Notes: a model not told the origin generated them from the letters alone. Shown: positions 37,561 through 52,633, counted from the stretch's first letter. The stretch is 64,000 nt of DNA from Octopus sinensis (GCF_006345805.1 NC_043005.1:101804001-101868000); one strand, 5' to 3'. Program-made: numbers and translations.

Positions 37561-39900
37561 GAAGAGCTGATACAAACTGTTAAAGAGTTTAGCAATGATA
37601 TGAAGATAGATTTTTGGCCTCGATAAGTATGTTAAAGTAACTTTTGTCAATTCAGAGACTTCTAGTTCCACCGTTCCTTCATATGTTTCTGGCCATTTTT
37701 CTTTTTAGCAGCCTACTTGACTCGTTTTGCTTGCTTGGTAGCAATGGTTTCAGGTTCTTCATCAACTTTAAGTTTAACATAAAGTTCCCTTGCACATTTA
37801 GAATCTTCTTCGACAACAGAATGCTATGTTTTGCTGCTTTTACGTTCGTACACAAGCTGCAGAATTCAGTTCCATGCAAGTCCCTGTTCATGCGTAGCAG
37901 AGTTCTAATTGCATCATTCCTCTTCCCGACTGCTTCTAGGCAGGTACAGATCATCAACGGCTGCCTAAAATGCTACATGTTTTTAGATTGAAATAATTTT
38001 CTTGTCTTCCTGTCCATGAGTAGGAGTTCCGTACAATTCCAGTTACTGATATTAAAACTGTTCAGAACGAGAGGAATTCCTAGGGTGTTAATGGATTCGA
38101 TGCTATTTATTTGGAGTTAAGTTCAGTCTTTAATACAAGTCTTATTCTTCTATAATACTCAATTCTTATCCCCCACCCCCTCAATAGTGGCAAAATTTGT
38201 CTTTTCCTTCGTTTGTACCCAGGTATTTATATGTTTCTTGTGTATCAAGTTCTTGATAACAGAGTTGATATCAAATTAAATGTACTTGTCGATTTGAGAT
38301 TGCATCTTACAAAATTTACTTTAGCACAATTATCGAGGCCAAAATCCATCCTCTTATCATTGCTAAACCCTTTAACAGTTATTATTAGCTCTTCTTCTCC
38401 TTGCTCACTCCTTGTAAATAGCCTAAGACCGTCCAAGAAAAAACAGGAATGTTTGTTATCTTGTAAACAGTTTTTGTATCGATATCTGGTGTTATTTAAT
38501 TCGTTTGACAGTGGGTTCAGTGCGATGCAAGAGTAATGGGGAGAGGGAGTAACCCTGGCAGATGCCTCGTTTGATGTTGATAATATTGGGTTGGGTCTTA
38601 TCATTTCTATGGTTTAGAAATGGAGGTGGGTTCCACTTGGTGAGGCTATTTTAAAGAATGTGTTGATGACGGGAGAGATTTTGTATATGTCAATGGTTAT
38701 TCCACGTCCTCAATCTTAGGTGGTTCCTTTACCTCTATCTTACTTTTGTCGATTTTCCTATAGAAGTTCTTCGCCTCCGTTTTGACGATAAAATTTGTTG
38801 TTTTCATCATACATCCTAAGTCGTAAGGCTTTTAATTGTATGCCCATTTCAAGGGTTCCTTAGTCGAAGGGAGGTTTGCATGGTCTTTAATTTTATAGCT
38901 TTGTTTGAGTTTTCTAGCTTTTCTTATTTCTATATACTCCTTTAGGATGTTCACCGCGAACTAATATAACCACCGGCAGAGATTCAATCTCTTTTCGTAT
39001 TGATACCAAAAGGAGATTTATATCCATGTCTTGTCTCTTTCTCTATAATCGTAATACCTAATTGAGCAGTTGCTACATTAGCGATGGAATTGATAAGATT
39101 ATTTAAGGTTGTAAGGTATTTTCCTTATCCCTTAAGATCTGTCTTAGAGCAACGTTATAGAGCATGATTTTTGCTATAATTCTATGTGCTGTTAGTAAAC
39201 ATCGGTAGTGGTTCTCTATTAACCATGCCAGTACACTCAATTTTGCTGGAATTTCTCATAATGTCTAGTTTTGCTTCACTAATCATTTCGCTATTATTCT
39301 TCTCAAATTCTGTGCCATAACCATTTTGGTGTTCAGGAGATAGATCTATGTTTTTTAGTATTGCAAAATTTCTTTACTTCGTTATTCTTTGTTGTTGAGA
39401 TTTACTGCTCTTATAATAGATTCTGTGGTTCTGTTACCTATTTCATCTACTTGGTTACTGTTTTTATTTGGTCTATCAGAGATATTTGTGTCCAAATTTC
39501 GTCAATTTCAGCATCAGTTAGTCTTTTGTTTTTAATGATGTTTCTACATGTATAACTTAATCTATCTACATCCATACAACTTCATACTTCATTGCCTTAT
39601 AAATTTTCTATGAAGTATATGTTTTTACAATGAGATTAATATTTAGTTTTAGTTGGGCTGTGTACACAACTTTCAAAACATCGCTGTAGTCCTCTCATGT
39701 CCATTTTATGCGTTTTGATTTAGGTAGTGTATTTGATGGGCCATAACGGGTCTAGAGTTAGCATCACCCGGGTTCTAGTTACCTGATAGATCGTCGTTTT
39801 GGGGGTTTGTTCCAGCAGCAGACATATTGACCCCAGCCTAATTCCCCAAAGAGTAACGCGGCCCTTATTGTTTCCCTTCTTTTTAGATACCCTGTTAGAG
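37561..39900 (-). mobile_element. Old degenerate R4/Dong-type LINE with a short inverted fragment
   Basis: ORF 38245-38604 (IALNPLSNELNNTRY...LDGLRLF...TVKGFSNDKRMDFGLDNCAK) aligns with ORF 31917-32405. A probable N-terminal KRIKWT.EDY motif lies near 39700. Segment 37561-37650 is a diverged inverted copy of about 38310-38395. Confidence 0.75.
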
Positions 39901-41587
39901 TTATTTAATATTATCCATTTACGTGTCATTATTTTGTTGATCTCAAACTTTTACACCATGTAAGCGTTCCACTGTTTCATACATGTTCTCTTATATCTTT
40001 CGCTCTTGATCGATGCACAAAGACTTGGGCAGTTATGGACAATAAAACATTTCTTCGGCACATTTCAACTTAGAACCCTTTCATTCACACGCCATAGATA
40101 CTGAAGTTTGTCCTGATCAAACTGGCATATGGAGAAACCGTTTTTTAAAAAAATAAATGATGACATTATATTTGTGGTGTCAGTAACCACAGGAATAATA
40201 TATGGTGGCTGCCAGTACTCTGCATGAATACGGGTGGTTACGAGAGACTACTTTAGCTAGGGTAGATCCGTGGATCTAGCTCCTCACCTATGAACACAAA
40301 TCAACACCTGCCAACGTCGTACGTGGCTGGACGGACGATCTTTTCTAGATACTTAGGGTTCTGATTTGGGCCGTACATCTTGGTGGGTGGGAACTGTGAC
40401 GAGGTTAACGTGTTGATGTTCGGTCGCTTTTCCCACAATTCATCATCCTTGTGACTGACCCGCAGACCTGGTCTAAACGAAGACCAAAACTGGCCACCTC
40501 GCATTTACAGTATTGGAAAACATTTGCAAGCCCTCCACCATTAATGGCACGTCAGTTCATGCAGTCTGTAGAGTTTTAGTGGCGGGCAAACCGGACAATA
40601 TTGTGAGAGACACACGAAAGTTCTATTGTCTATTTTTATACGTTTACAGGCAGTTACTTGATCATGTGTAAACGGCCCCACATACCACCGTATAATCTCT
40701 CATCATCTGTCGGCTTCTGACAAATTTTGTTCCTATAGTTAATATTATTTCTTGATATATTTTTTTATTGATCTCCTGTTGTTATTTCGATGTTGTAGCT
40801 GATTTTATATCATTGATAATAATGATGATGATGACGACGATTATTATTATCATCATTATCATCACCATCATTCTTTTCGTCTTCGAGACATGATAGCGAT
40901 ATTGATGACGATGATAATGATGCCGTCGATGACCACGACGATGATATTGCGGTTGTTATTGTTGCTAACTAACGGTAATGCTGTTTCTCTGAAAGCTAAA
41001 AAGAAGTAAAACATACCAATAAACGTCAAAGATTTTGATAAATTATGCATTTATATTTGAATAATTTTGTATCCAATGAAATTCATTTGAAGTAAATTTT
41101 CACGATTTTTTCCCTCCTTTTTCTAAATTTGTAAATTTTTTCTACATTTCAAATATATGGAGGGTTTTTTGTGTGTATGTGTATGTATGCGGAGTATATG
41201 TACGAAAGTGGTGTTTGTGAATATCTGTGCTGTATGTGTGTATGTGAATGTATGGCTGGGGTCGTTGTCTTAAGATTGTGTTGGTTTTCTTTCAATCTTT
41301 TTGTTGAAGAGATCTTTGAGAGGTTTTAAAGAAAAATCAGCGAAATAAAGAAAACAAATGTGAAAATGTTGATTAGGTAATTTAAACCAAGATTTCGAAA
41401 CGAAATGCTAATTTTATAGAAAGGTAGAAAAGAAAGAATTAGAGTAGAAAATAAAGGAGATATACTGAGAGTGAGGGATAGAGATCGTAAGGAAGAAAAA
41501 CTGAAAGAAAATGAGAGCGATAAAAGGAAATGAAGAAATATAGAGATTAAAAAGAAAGAATAGGAAACGAGAACGATAAAAAGAAAA

Positions 41588-41632
<45 letters not shown>

Positions 41633-41694
41633 CAGTAAAGCTAAATAAACCAAAACATAGAGAGAGAAAGTGAGAGGTAGGGGAAAATAGATAG

Positions 41695-41728
<34 letters not shown>

Positions 41729-41827
41729 AATTCATGACTAAAATATAAATAAAATTTGAACAAGAGGTTAGTGAAAGAATGAAGTATGTTAGAGACGATG
41801 AATTCAAAGAAATGAAAGGGAGAATGA

Positions 41828-41866
<39 letters not shown>

Positions 41867-42347
41867 AGAGAGAAAACAACGTCTCTGAGTAAGGAGAAAA
41901 AAGCTAATGCAATAAAGCTAAAAAGAAGAACGAGACATATAAACATATAAAGAAGAACAAGATTGAAAGAATGAAAGAAAAAAGAATGAAAGCGAAAAAG
42001 AAGTGAATAAATTTAGGGATAATGAAATAAATGAAAGAAAAGTGGAAGGGTGAGGAGGGAATGAAAGTTATTGAAGAATTTAAGAAATGATTTATAGCTA
42101 AAACGAAGGAAAAATACGATCGGCAATGAATGAATTATCTCATTCATTGCATGATTGAAAAACGTAATTTGATATTTTTGAATATATTTTTTATAGATTT
42201 TTTTCAATGTGTAGTTTGTTGTTGTCGTTGTATTTGTAGTATTTGTTGTTTTATTTGTAGCTATTTTTGTTGCTTTTCACTCGTACAACTTTACATCCAT
42301 ACAAATGACCGGCAAGAGACATGATAAACTCCGTATTTGATATGCGA

Positions 42348-42396
42348 CCGCCATCTTAAATGTGTAGCGGCTTGATATGATTTACAACCACGTGAC
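42348..42396. promoter_or_regulatory. Possible promoter: YY1-type CCGCCATCTT and E-box CACGTGAC
   Basis: Both motifs lie within 50 bp in non-repetitive sequence. Motif match only. Confidence 0.3.
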
Positions 42397-44159
42397 CATT
42401 TCAAATTTTCTCTTCACTGTTTTCGGTTTTCTCGTCTTTTAACGTAAAGAACTCAAAGAGAAAAAATACCAAAATTGCAAAGAGAGGAACTAAACTGTCT
42501 TGTCATTCTTTTATTTATTGATCATAAAACAGAGTTGTAGGAAAATCGTGAATAAATTTGGAAGAGTACAGACGTTTTGATTAAATTGGTGTTGTTGTTA
42601 TTTTTGTTGTTATTGTTGTATAGCCCCAGGTCAACTCTGATAAAACTGAATTATGATCAAAGTCGTTTAAGTTGTGACCATATCATCTTTCTTAAGCAAT
42701 GTGCATTCTGAAGCATATCAAAGAATTTGTCTTTACACTTTCAAGACGTTAGACCGTAACGAGAGGAATATATGACTGTAATTTTTACCAGGTCAGGTAT
42801 GACCTCGTAACTGTTGATGTTGCAGTTGTTGTTTAGATCTATGGTGAATTACATTCCAGCCTTAACAAACCCTAATTTTTGAGTAAGAAGATACTTTGTA
42901 CTTTTTGAAATGCAATTAATTTATCTCAACTACAAAATCACAGAGCATTAACAAAGCTCGGAATATAACATTTATATCGAGGGCTCAAGACGAAGGCCAA
43001 AATAAGGATCGAATCAACAAGCAAAAATAGAAATTAAATAATTCCTAACATTTACGCAGAGCCTGAAGTTTTCGGTGATTGAAGAATCACTTATATCTAA
43101 CCCTTTACTAAAGTCCTACTTTATTTTAGCGATTCTGGAAATATGAATAGCAAAGCTGATCTTGTCGTGACATAGGCACAAAATTTACGCAGTCGGAATA
43201 AATAGCAGAAAGGATTTGTTCGTCGTTAAAATAAATCTGCGAAGACCTAGCTCTGGATACATTCGATAAATAATATTATAAAGACAAAACAAGCGGTGAA
43301 ATCCGTTTCTGAATGTCGTTTAAGTTATTTGCGTGTACCGAGTGAATAGTACATTGTCTGATGTATACTTCTCCTGTTTTAAGCAAGGTGCGAAATGACG
43401 AAGAATTTGGTTCCTACTTCTAACAGAATCTATACCCAAGCAAAACCCCTAAATTTTGTATCGTGTTGTTCTTCTTGGTTGGGGTTGTAATGGTGGATGT
43501 AGAGGTGTTCATGGTTGCTATTGGGTTCGGCACAAGTGTGATGATATTGACGATGCGGGACGGTACTGATAATGACGGTGTGTCAATAGTAGCGATGGCT
43601 AACTTCCTCAGTAACAGCAGATTCAGAGAGGGGCAGTGTCACTGAGAATCTGGGTGGGGATTTCGTTAAAGATACGTGTATTTGTGGAATATTGATTCTT
43701 TTGCACAATAGTACAAGGCGGGTTAAAGGGCTGAGTGTCAGCCTTGTCATTAATAGTGTTCCGCCGATTCAGTGATTTGATTTATGTTAAAGGGGTTCGT
43801 GGGATACACGGCCAGTTAGGCTTTAACACAAGGTATACTGTGATTAGGAACGGAAGAGTTAGGTTTGCTACTCGAAGTCTAATGCAGATTCCGCTTGACA
43901 ATAATAAGGATAAAAAATATGGAGTATACACAGCCACTTAATACACAACATATTATTGAGTAACGAAAGAGTTCAGTTGATCGAACACTCATACAATGGA
44001 ATCAAAAAGAAATAGTTAGAAAGTAAAACCATGTACACACGTACACACACACACCACGCTTTTACATGTGTATGTTTATGTATATATACAAACATAAATA
44101 TATATATATATATATATATACAAATATGAATATATATATATATAAATATATACAAATAG

Positions 44160-44196
<37 letters not shown>

Positions 44197-44322
44197 CGTA
44201 TGTATATATGTTCATACATATTTATATACATACGACGTACACACACACACACACATATATATATATATTATATATATTTACGTATGTATATATGTTCATA
44301 CATATTTATATACATACGACGT

Positions 44323-44380
<58 letters not shown>

Positions 44381-44382
<2 letters not shown>

Positions 44383-44659
44383 AATATATATGTATATATA
44401 TACACCTACATATGATATACGTATATATGTGGTTACAGTTTATGAAATAAAAGAGACAGAAGTTATAAAATGTGAAAAATTACTTCAGGAAAAAAAATAT
44501 AAAATTTAGTAAAGTTTATTTATTTCACAAATAGCTACCGTTTCTTAATTCTCACAAAGAGATATTCATTTCATATATTTTTATAATACATTTTTTCTTT
44601 TTATTCAACTTCTTACTAACCATTCAGCAATAGTCTCTTTATTATACACACCACACTTT

Positions 44660-44699
<40 letters not shown>

Positions 44700-45366
44700 C
44701 ACCTCTCCCTCTCTTTCTTTCTCTCTATGTATCATTTTTCTGCCTCTCTGTGTCTCTGTCTCGTTTTGATCATAAATTCTTTCTCGGTTGTCTTCAGCTA
44801 TTAGCAACTTTCTACTAAAACGAAGAACTATGTATTTTTTTTTCCATAATTTTTCCTACTTCATTATGGGAGACAAATCAAGTGGAAAGGATTAAACTAG
44901 TGAACTGTATCAACCTAGTGGTGGTGTTAACAAACAAAGGCAATAATAATAACAACAACAACAACAATGATAATAATAATAACATCATCCTAATCATCAT
45001 CATCATCATCATCATCATCATATACACAAATAATGTGTCTATACATATGTGTTTATATATATAATATATATATATATATTATATATATATGAATATATAT
45101 GTATATAGATATACACCTACATATGATATACGTATATATGTGGTTACAGTTTATGAAATAAAAGAGACAGAAGTTATAAAATGTGAAAAATTACTTCAGG
45201 AAAAAAAATATAAAATTTAGTAAAGTTTATTTATTTCACAAATAGCTACCGTTTCTTAATTCTCACAAAGAGATATTCATTTCATATATTTTTATAATAC
45301 ATTTTTTCTTTTTATTCAACTTCTTACTAACCATTCAGCAATAGTCTCTTTATTATACACACCACA

Positions 45367-45413
<47 letters not shown>

Positions 45414-45763
45414 CCTCTCCCTCTCTTTCTTTCTCTCTATGTATCATTTTTCTGCCTCTCTGTGTCTCTGTCTCGTTTTGATCATAAATTCTTTCTCGGT
45501 TGTCTTCAGCTATTAGCAACTTTCTACTAAAACGAAGAACTATGTATTTTTTTTTCCATAATTTTTCCTACTTCATTATGGGAGACAAATCAAGTGGAAA
45601 GGATTAAACTAGTGAACTGTATCAACCTAGTGGTGGTGTTAACAAACAAAGGCAATAATAATAACAACAACAACAACAATGATAATAATAATAACATCAT
45701 CCTAATCATCATCATCATCATCATCATCATCATATACACAAATATATGTGTCTATACATATGT

Positions 45764-45770
<7 letters not shown>
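44381..45770 (+). repeat. Tandem duplication of about 710 bp, bounded by (TA)n
   Basis: About 44381-45060 and 45090-45770 are essentially identical outside microsatellite lengths. Confidence 0.92.
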
Positions 45771-45806
<36 letters not shown>

Positions 45807-46711
45807 TAAATACATACATATATATATATGTATATTATATATATATATACATATACATATTTATGTGTATATATATACATATATTTTATATATACATATG
45901 TATGCATATATAAATATATATGTATGAATGTATGTATATATATTTATATACATACATATATAAACATATATATAAAGAGAGAGAGAGAGCGAGAGAGAAT
46001 ACACAATATATATGTATATATAAATGGTCATTTTCGTCGGTGGTCGACGATATTGGAGAGACATTAACGTGACCTGGGATGTTTCCAGAAGCAACATCTT
46101 GCGCAAAATACACTTACCGTTTCTCTACAGCTGGGCAGGTCACGAAAGAAAGGAAGTTATGTATGTTCGAAACATCCTTGGAGCCACAAATGATGCTAGA
46201 TATTGATTAAATATAACCGTACATATCAGCTTTAAGGTCCCACCCTCCGAAGCTTTTTGTACGAGTTTACCCCACCTTGAACTTTTCCTTTTGAAATCTA
46301 AGTCAATTACCACGCAAAGCTCCAGAGATTTATTGATATAGTGGGTATTGTTTCGGTCGTGCACGTCCCATTCTCTCATCCTTCAAACTTTTATTGATCT
46401 GGTCGAATAAATGTTACGAAGTAGTGGTTATCAGATTGTTGGATTTGTATGGAGAAACCTTGTATTAGATGAGCAGTTGAACAATTTACAAATTCATTCA
46501 CCCTGTGTCCGTTCGTGAGTCTGTGAGTAGACTTCTTCCGTGAGCAATTCCATCCATGCTACTTAACGTGTAGACGGTAATATGACACTTGCTACTAGGT
46601 TGATCCAAAGTAGACCATAGAGCAACTGTGTGGTTAAGGCGTGGTTCCATTCCCTTCAAAAGTCTGGGACGTCTGAGCCAGGGTCCTTCTAACACGTGCA
46701 GATTATATACA

Positions 46712-47073
46712 GCCGTGTGCGCTTACCGCCCACATGGTTCCGGATTCATTCCTACGGTGTATCACCTTTGCAAGTGTCTTCTACTATAGCCTCGGGCCGA
46801 TCAAAGCCTTGTGAGTGGACCTGGTAGGTAGAAACTGTCTACCGAATATCTATGTGCGTGCGTGTGTGTGTCTGTGTGTCTGTGTTTTCCCCTGTTACAG
46901 CGCTCGATAAACTGGTGTATTTTATTTAGTCTACGTAGTATAGCGGTTCAGCAAAAGAGACCAACAGAACAAGTGGCAGACCTAAAAATAGCGATAGGGT
47001 CGATTCGTTCGACTAAAATTTCTTGTAGGTGTTAACCCAGCAGAGCAGCGTTCTAATGACTGAGACAAGTAAA
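46712..47073 (+). mobile_element. SINE family B, diverged copy
   Basis: GCAAGTGTCTTCTACTATAGCCTCGGGCCGA, GCGGTTCAGCAAAAGAGAC, ATGACTGAGACAAGTAAA. Confidence 0.75.
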
Positions 47074-47333
47074 GGTCCCTGTTATGCATTTATATATAAA
47101 TTAACTTTTTTTAATAAATATTTGCCAAGTGCGTTATTACATTTCAAAATTTAACACGTTATCTTTGACTTAATGGAGGCTGGTCTGTTGCTAGAAAATA
47201 TATGCGACTGTATATATTTCACAACAGCTTGATCAACTATGAACCTGACATTTTTAAAAGAACATTTGAGAAACTTTTCTTTAAAAAAAAAACTGTTTTG
47301 ATTCTTTTCTCAAAATAATCAAACATTGTTTTA

Positions 47334-47884
47334 CGAGAGTGAGTCAAAAACTAATGACATTTTGTTTAGGACAGGCATAATTACCAACACAGGTACATGT
47401 ATCATACATCAAGATGAAGCTGGTCCACCGTGGATCACATCCCTACTTCTCAACGTAGTCACCGTTTCTCTCAATAGCAACATACCATCTTCGAATGAGA
47501 GCATGTATCCCTGCCCTGTAAAATTCTGTTGACTGTTCTTTGAGCCACTTCTTCACTACAGTTTTCTCTTCCTCGTCACTGGAATAATATTTGCCTCTTG
47601 AACCCTCTTTCATAGTCTGAAGGCGCTAAATTATTCAAGTGACGAGGAAGTGAACACTGTAGCGAAGACGTAGCTCAAAGATCAGTCAACAGGATTTTAC
47701 GGGGCAGGGATACATGCTCTCATTCGAAGGTGGTACATTGCTCTTGAGAGAAACGGTGACGACGTTGAGGAGTAGGGATGTGATCCACAGAGGGCCAGCT
47801 TTATTTTGATGTATGATACATGTACTTGTGTTGGTAATTATACATGTCCTAAACAAAATGGCATTAGTTTTTGACTCACACTCA
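47334..47884. mobile_element. Mariner-derived fold-back element made of two inverted 3' ends
   Basis: TA flanks and imperfect inverted arms of about 260 bp. The right arm translates SSDEEVNTVAKT*LKDQSTGFYGAGIHALIRRWYIALERNGDDVEE*, a mariner transposase C-terminus. Confidence 0.88.
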
Positions 47885-48169
47885 TAGTAAGGACACATTA
47901 ATCCTAATATCTAGCACAGTTTTATCTACGCACTGGTGTATTTGTTTTTAAAAACGGTTGTTGGTTAGCTGCCTTACATGAATTTAAGTAACTAACAGCG
48001 TCTATGAGTTCATATAGAAATGACTTGGGTATAATTGTTTAATATTAAATATTTGACTACATATGTCACAGAATCCGACAAACCGGCATCATGAGCTTGT
48101 AGATCAGGAAGGACATGTGAATCCTTTTTTTCTATATTTTCGTGGGATGAATGCATTTAATATTATTCC

Positions 48170-49150
48170 GATGAAGTAACGTTATTTATATTGTGAGCTT
48201 TTATCGAATTCCCCAGTGCAGCTCCGTTTACTCTGGATATCTGTAGAGATTGATATTAGTTTGCATTTCCCATTGTATTTAAAGACCTCTGTGTGATATG
48301 AGCTGTTTGTAGAAATGTTTTCTCTATGCTTTTGTGTAAATCCTGGAAATTTGCTCATGTAATTATTTGCTTTTTTTTTTATTATTCCCAAATATCTACT
48401 CTTTTCGTTGTTTATATTTTTAATCACTATTTTCTGTTCCCAAATATTTGGGTAATTTTTCCGATTATTTTAGCGATATACCATTGTCTGTGGCAACTGC
48501 TACATTGATGAGGAGTTAATTCATTTCTGGTTGTGTTTAACAATTATATTCGTGCGATTATCTTTGATCTTCCTGTTTGCGTTACGTAACCTTGAATACG
48601 GTCGCTTTGACATTCACTGGGACATTCCGACTGTATGTTTCTATCACCTATTTTCTCTTGGTATTTCATAATGCTGACATTATTACCAAATCTCTCATGC
48701 CTGTGGATGCATTCTCTCTTGGTTAACATTAAACAGCCAAAGGCACAATAGTTAATTGTTTCTTTCCAACCTCCATATATTCTGCATTTACTTAATGTAA
48801 TATGTTTCCTTGCATGTTGTTGGTGGTTTTGGTAGAAAGCTTTGATCTTGTGTCACCATCAAGAATCCTTCACTTCCACTTTTTTTCTGACGCTCACAGA
48901 TATTGCTATGATGTTCTGTTTCGACTTTCCAGTTTTATTTAGTTATTATACACATATGAGCAAATGTCACTATAGCTTTCAAATGGCATTCCGCCTTCTC
49001 GATTTTAGATTAGCTTTTAGCTTTTTCCCAATTTCTGTTGTTTGTTCTCTTTCTCTACGCACAATTGTCTAATATCTTAGCCTCGTTTGTGTCCGTTGTC
49101 GTCTTTGAAGACGGTAAACAGCTTCTGTTTTGTTCATGTGTTACAGTTAT
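48170..49150 (-). mobile_element. Highly decayed R4-type LINE 3' region
   Basis: Minus-strand remnants KETIN...GCLMLTKRECIHRH and LLINVAVA resemble the knuckle/RHD/endonuclease region of the 31441 element. Confidence 0.5.
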
Positions 49151-49582
49151 TTCTCTTACTTTTCTTTTCTTCTCTACTACTGGGCGTGTCTGTCTACATG
49201 TGTGTGTCTATTATTAGCCTAACCGAACATCTGTCTGATTGTTTCTATGTCCAGGTAAACTTATAACTTACGAAGCTGTACTTTCCTAACTCTAATTCTG
49301 ATATTGAGTTAGAAGACATAAAGTCTGCCAAATACAATGTTTCAGTTACTGGAGGTGCCATTTACTACATTTTTCTCCAAATTTCTTATAAATATTTTAC
49401 CTGAGCATTGATATTGCTATACTGTTAGACTCCTCTTATTAGATAGGGAAATAGGGGTTAGATAAATATGATTAAACAGTAAGTTACACACATAAATAAC
49501 GCATAAATAAGGAATTATGCATCAAAATATGCATTACATAAAAATATACATATACTGCACATACATATGTATGTGCATATAT

Positions 49583-49625
<43 letters not shown>

Positions 49626-49912
49626 TAAATACATATACATATATGCACATATATGTATGTAGGCATGATAATATATTTATGTATATAGATATTCCTATGT
49701 ATATGAATATACTTATGCAGATACGCATGTAGAGATAGGTAGAGAAATTGCATGCATATACGTGATACTATGCGTATAGCATGCTTCTCTCCCTTTTTCT
49801 CTCATACTCCCTCTCTTTCACTCTCTCTCTTTCTCTATATATATATATATATTTACACACATACATATAAAAGCATTTACTCTCACATACACACATATAT
49901 ACGCATGTTCAT

Positions 49913-49956
<44 letters not shown>

Positions 49957-50543
49957 CTGCATGTGCATATATGCATATGTCTATAGAACTAGACACGTAA
50001 GTATGCGTATATGTATATGTGTATAAATTCTGCTACAACAGATAAGATTTAAGTAGCATGTTGGATAGCAAAAAACGCTACCATTAAGCTATCAAGCTGA
50101 TGTCTCAGAAGTTCTTCGAATGTTTGTCTGAGGAAATGGAAAAAATCTCCAAAACTATAAGTGGTAGAGTAGAGTGAATTTCCGATTATATTACTTATAA
50201 TAGCGTATTGGGAATAGTATCACTTGTTTTATCGACATTATTGGTGACTTTTTTGTTTAGTGTTTGTATTATTGAATATATATTTCGTTTACAGTTTCAA
50301 TGCTGTTGTTGTGTATATGTATGTGTGTTTATGGGCACACACACACACATACATACATACACACATATATATATTATATATATATATATATATATGTTCA
50401 TATATATATGTATGTATATACAGATATATGCACACATATATGTATACATACATATATATATATATATAATATATATATATATGTATATATGCATATATAT
50501 ATATAAACATATGTATATATATATATATCTACATATATATATG

Positions 50544-50609
<66 letters not shown>

Positions 50610-51087
50610 TATATACATATATATATATACATATATACATTATATATATATATATATATATATATCTATATATACACAGATATAGAGTTAGGTACTAAAT
50701 GTATATATATACATGTATACATATATGTGTATATAAATACATGTGTGTATTTGTGTGTGCGTTTGTTCGTGCGTGTGCACGCGTGTGTTTTGTGTGAAAG
50801 TAAAAATAAAACAATTGTGAAGTAAATAACATACAGATATTAATACTAAGCAGATGGATAAGTAGAAAGGGAAGTAACTAGGTTGTGTATCGTTTGTTGG
50901 AAAACACTGGAGATGCTATAAGAATGGTTTGAAACAAAAAAAGAACTAACAAAGATACATTTAAGTAAATTATACACAGACTCAAACACACCACACACAT
51001 ACACACACACATGCCCACGCAAACTCTCACATACACACGAATACACATATACCTCCATATAAATCTTTATATATATATATGCATATA

Positions 51088-51173
<86 letters not shown>

Positions 51174-51985
51174 AACATTATATAGGTATGATTGTGCATA
51201 TATGTGTCTAGATTTGTGTTTATTTGTTTGTGTGCATGTATGCTAGAGAAAACAGTAAGCTGAAGATGGAAATAGAGATAAAATGGAGGACAAAATGGAG
51301 GACAAAGTAGAGATATGCCGAGGGAAGCCATTAAAAAAAATGAAGACACCACAAATTTTATTCGTTTATTTATTGTTCGATTAGGACGACAGAGAAGAAA
51401 AGACATGCGGAGCTGAATGGTGTGGTAGGTGTTCTTTACGATGCTACTGGTGATGATGTTGTTGCTTGTAATGGCGATGGTAGTGGCGATGGTAATGTTG
51501 CAATGGTGGAGATTTTAATGTTGCGGTCAACATAATAATCATAGAGGCGATATTATTCGTTTCGTAGTGATGGTGGTTGCTGTTATTATTGTTGTCGGTG
51601 GCCTTGTCTTTGGTGGTGGCCTTCGTGTTGACGTTAAGGAGGATGATCCTGGTGCCACCTAAATGACTGGTAGCAGCGTATCATGCTGATAATGGCGAAA
51701 ACATTGGTGTGAGTAGTGATGGTAGTAACAGCGATGATGGTGACGATACTGGAGTGTGAATATTGTGATGGTTGTTTTAGAATAAGGAGAACATTGTAAA
51801 AGGCTGACAAGAAAGCCTACTTCCCCCTCCGAAATCTTTCCTTTCTGATGTAATGGCTACTTTAGAGAAATATTGTTGTGCATTATTGTTTCTTTGTTAT
51901 TCCTTCATGGGAGTCGAAATATATGGACCATACAATTGGTGCAGGCATATATCTGTATATGTGCGTGCGTGTATGTATGTAGGTT

Positions 51986-52033
<48 letters not shown>

Positions 52034-52128
52034 GCATATATATACATACATATATATATACATACATATATGTTTATATATACACATACATATATATATG
52101 TATATATATATACATATAGATACTATAT

Positions 52129-52159
<31 letters not shown>

Positions 52160-52160
<1 letters not shown>

Positions 52161-52588
52161 CATATGTGTATATACGTATCTATGTATCTATGTGTGTATG
52201 AATATACTTGTTTGTATGAAGATATTTATATCATGTATGTGATACTGATATATGTACGCATATCTTTGTTATACGTACACATACATAGATTCACATACAG
52301 TTATGCACACGCTCATATAGAGAATGCAAAAAGAAAGTACCTGCACGTATCTGAATATATATATAGAGAGAGAGAGAATGGTGTATACTGTCAATCTAAC
52401 ACGAACGTGACAGTAGGGGAGTACACCACCGCTGTATAGTCCTACAGCGGTGGTGTACCCACCTACTGTCACGTTCGTGTTAGATTGACAGTATACAACC
52501 ATTCTATCGCCCCTCCACCGTACATGTCTCTACGAGATATTTAGAAATTTAGTATTTATATATTATATATATATATATTATATTATAT

Positions 52589-52633
<45 letters not shown>

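Noticed and set aside
49484-52439. Many long ORFs rich in YI, CV or HT dipeptides (here and across the window)
   Set aside because: They are translations of (TA)n, (TG)n and (CA)n microsatellites, with no coding signal.
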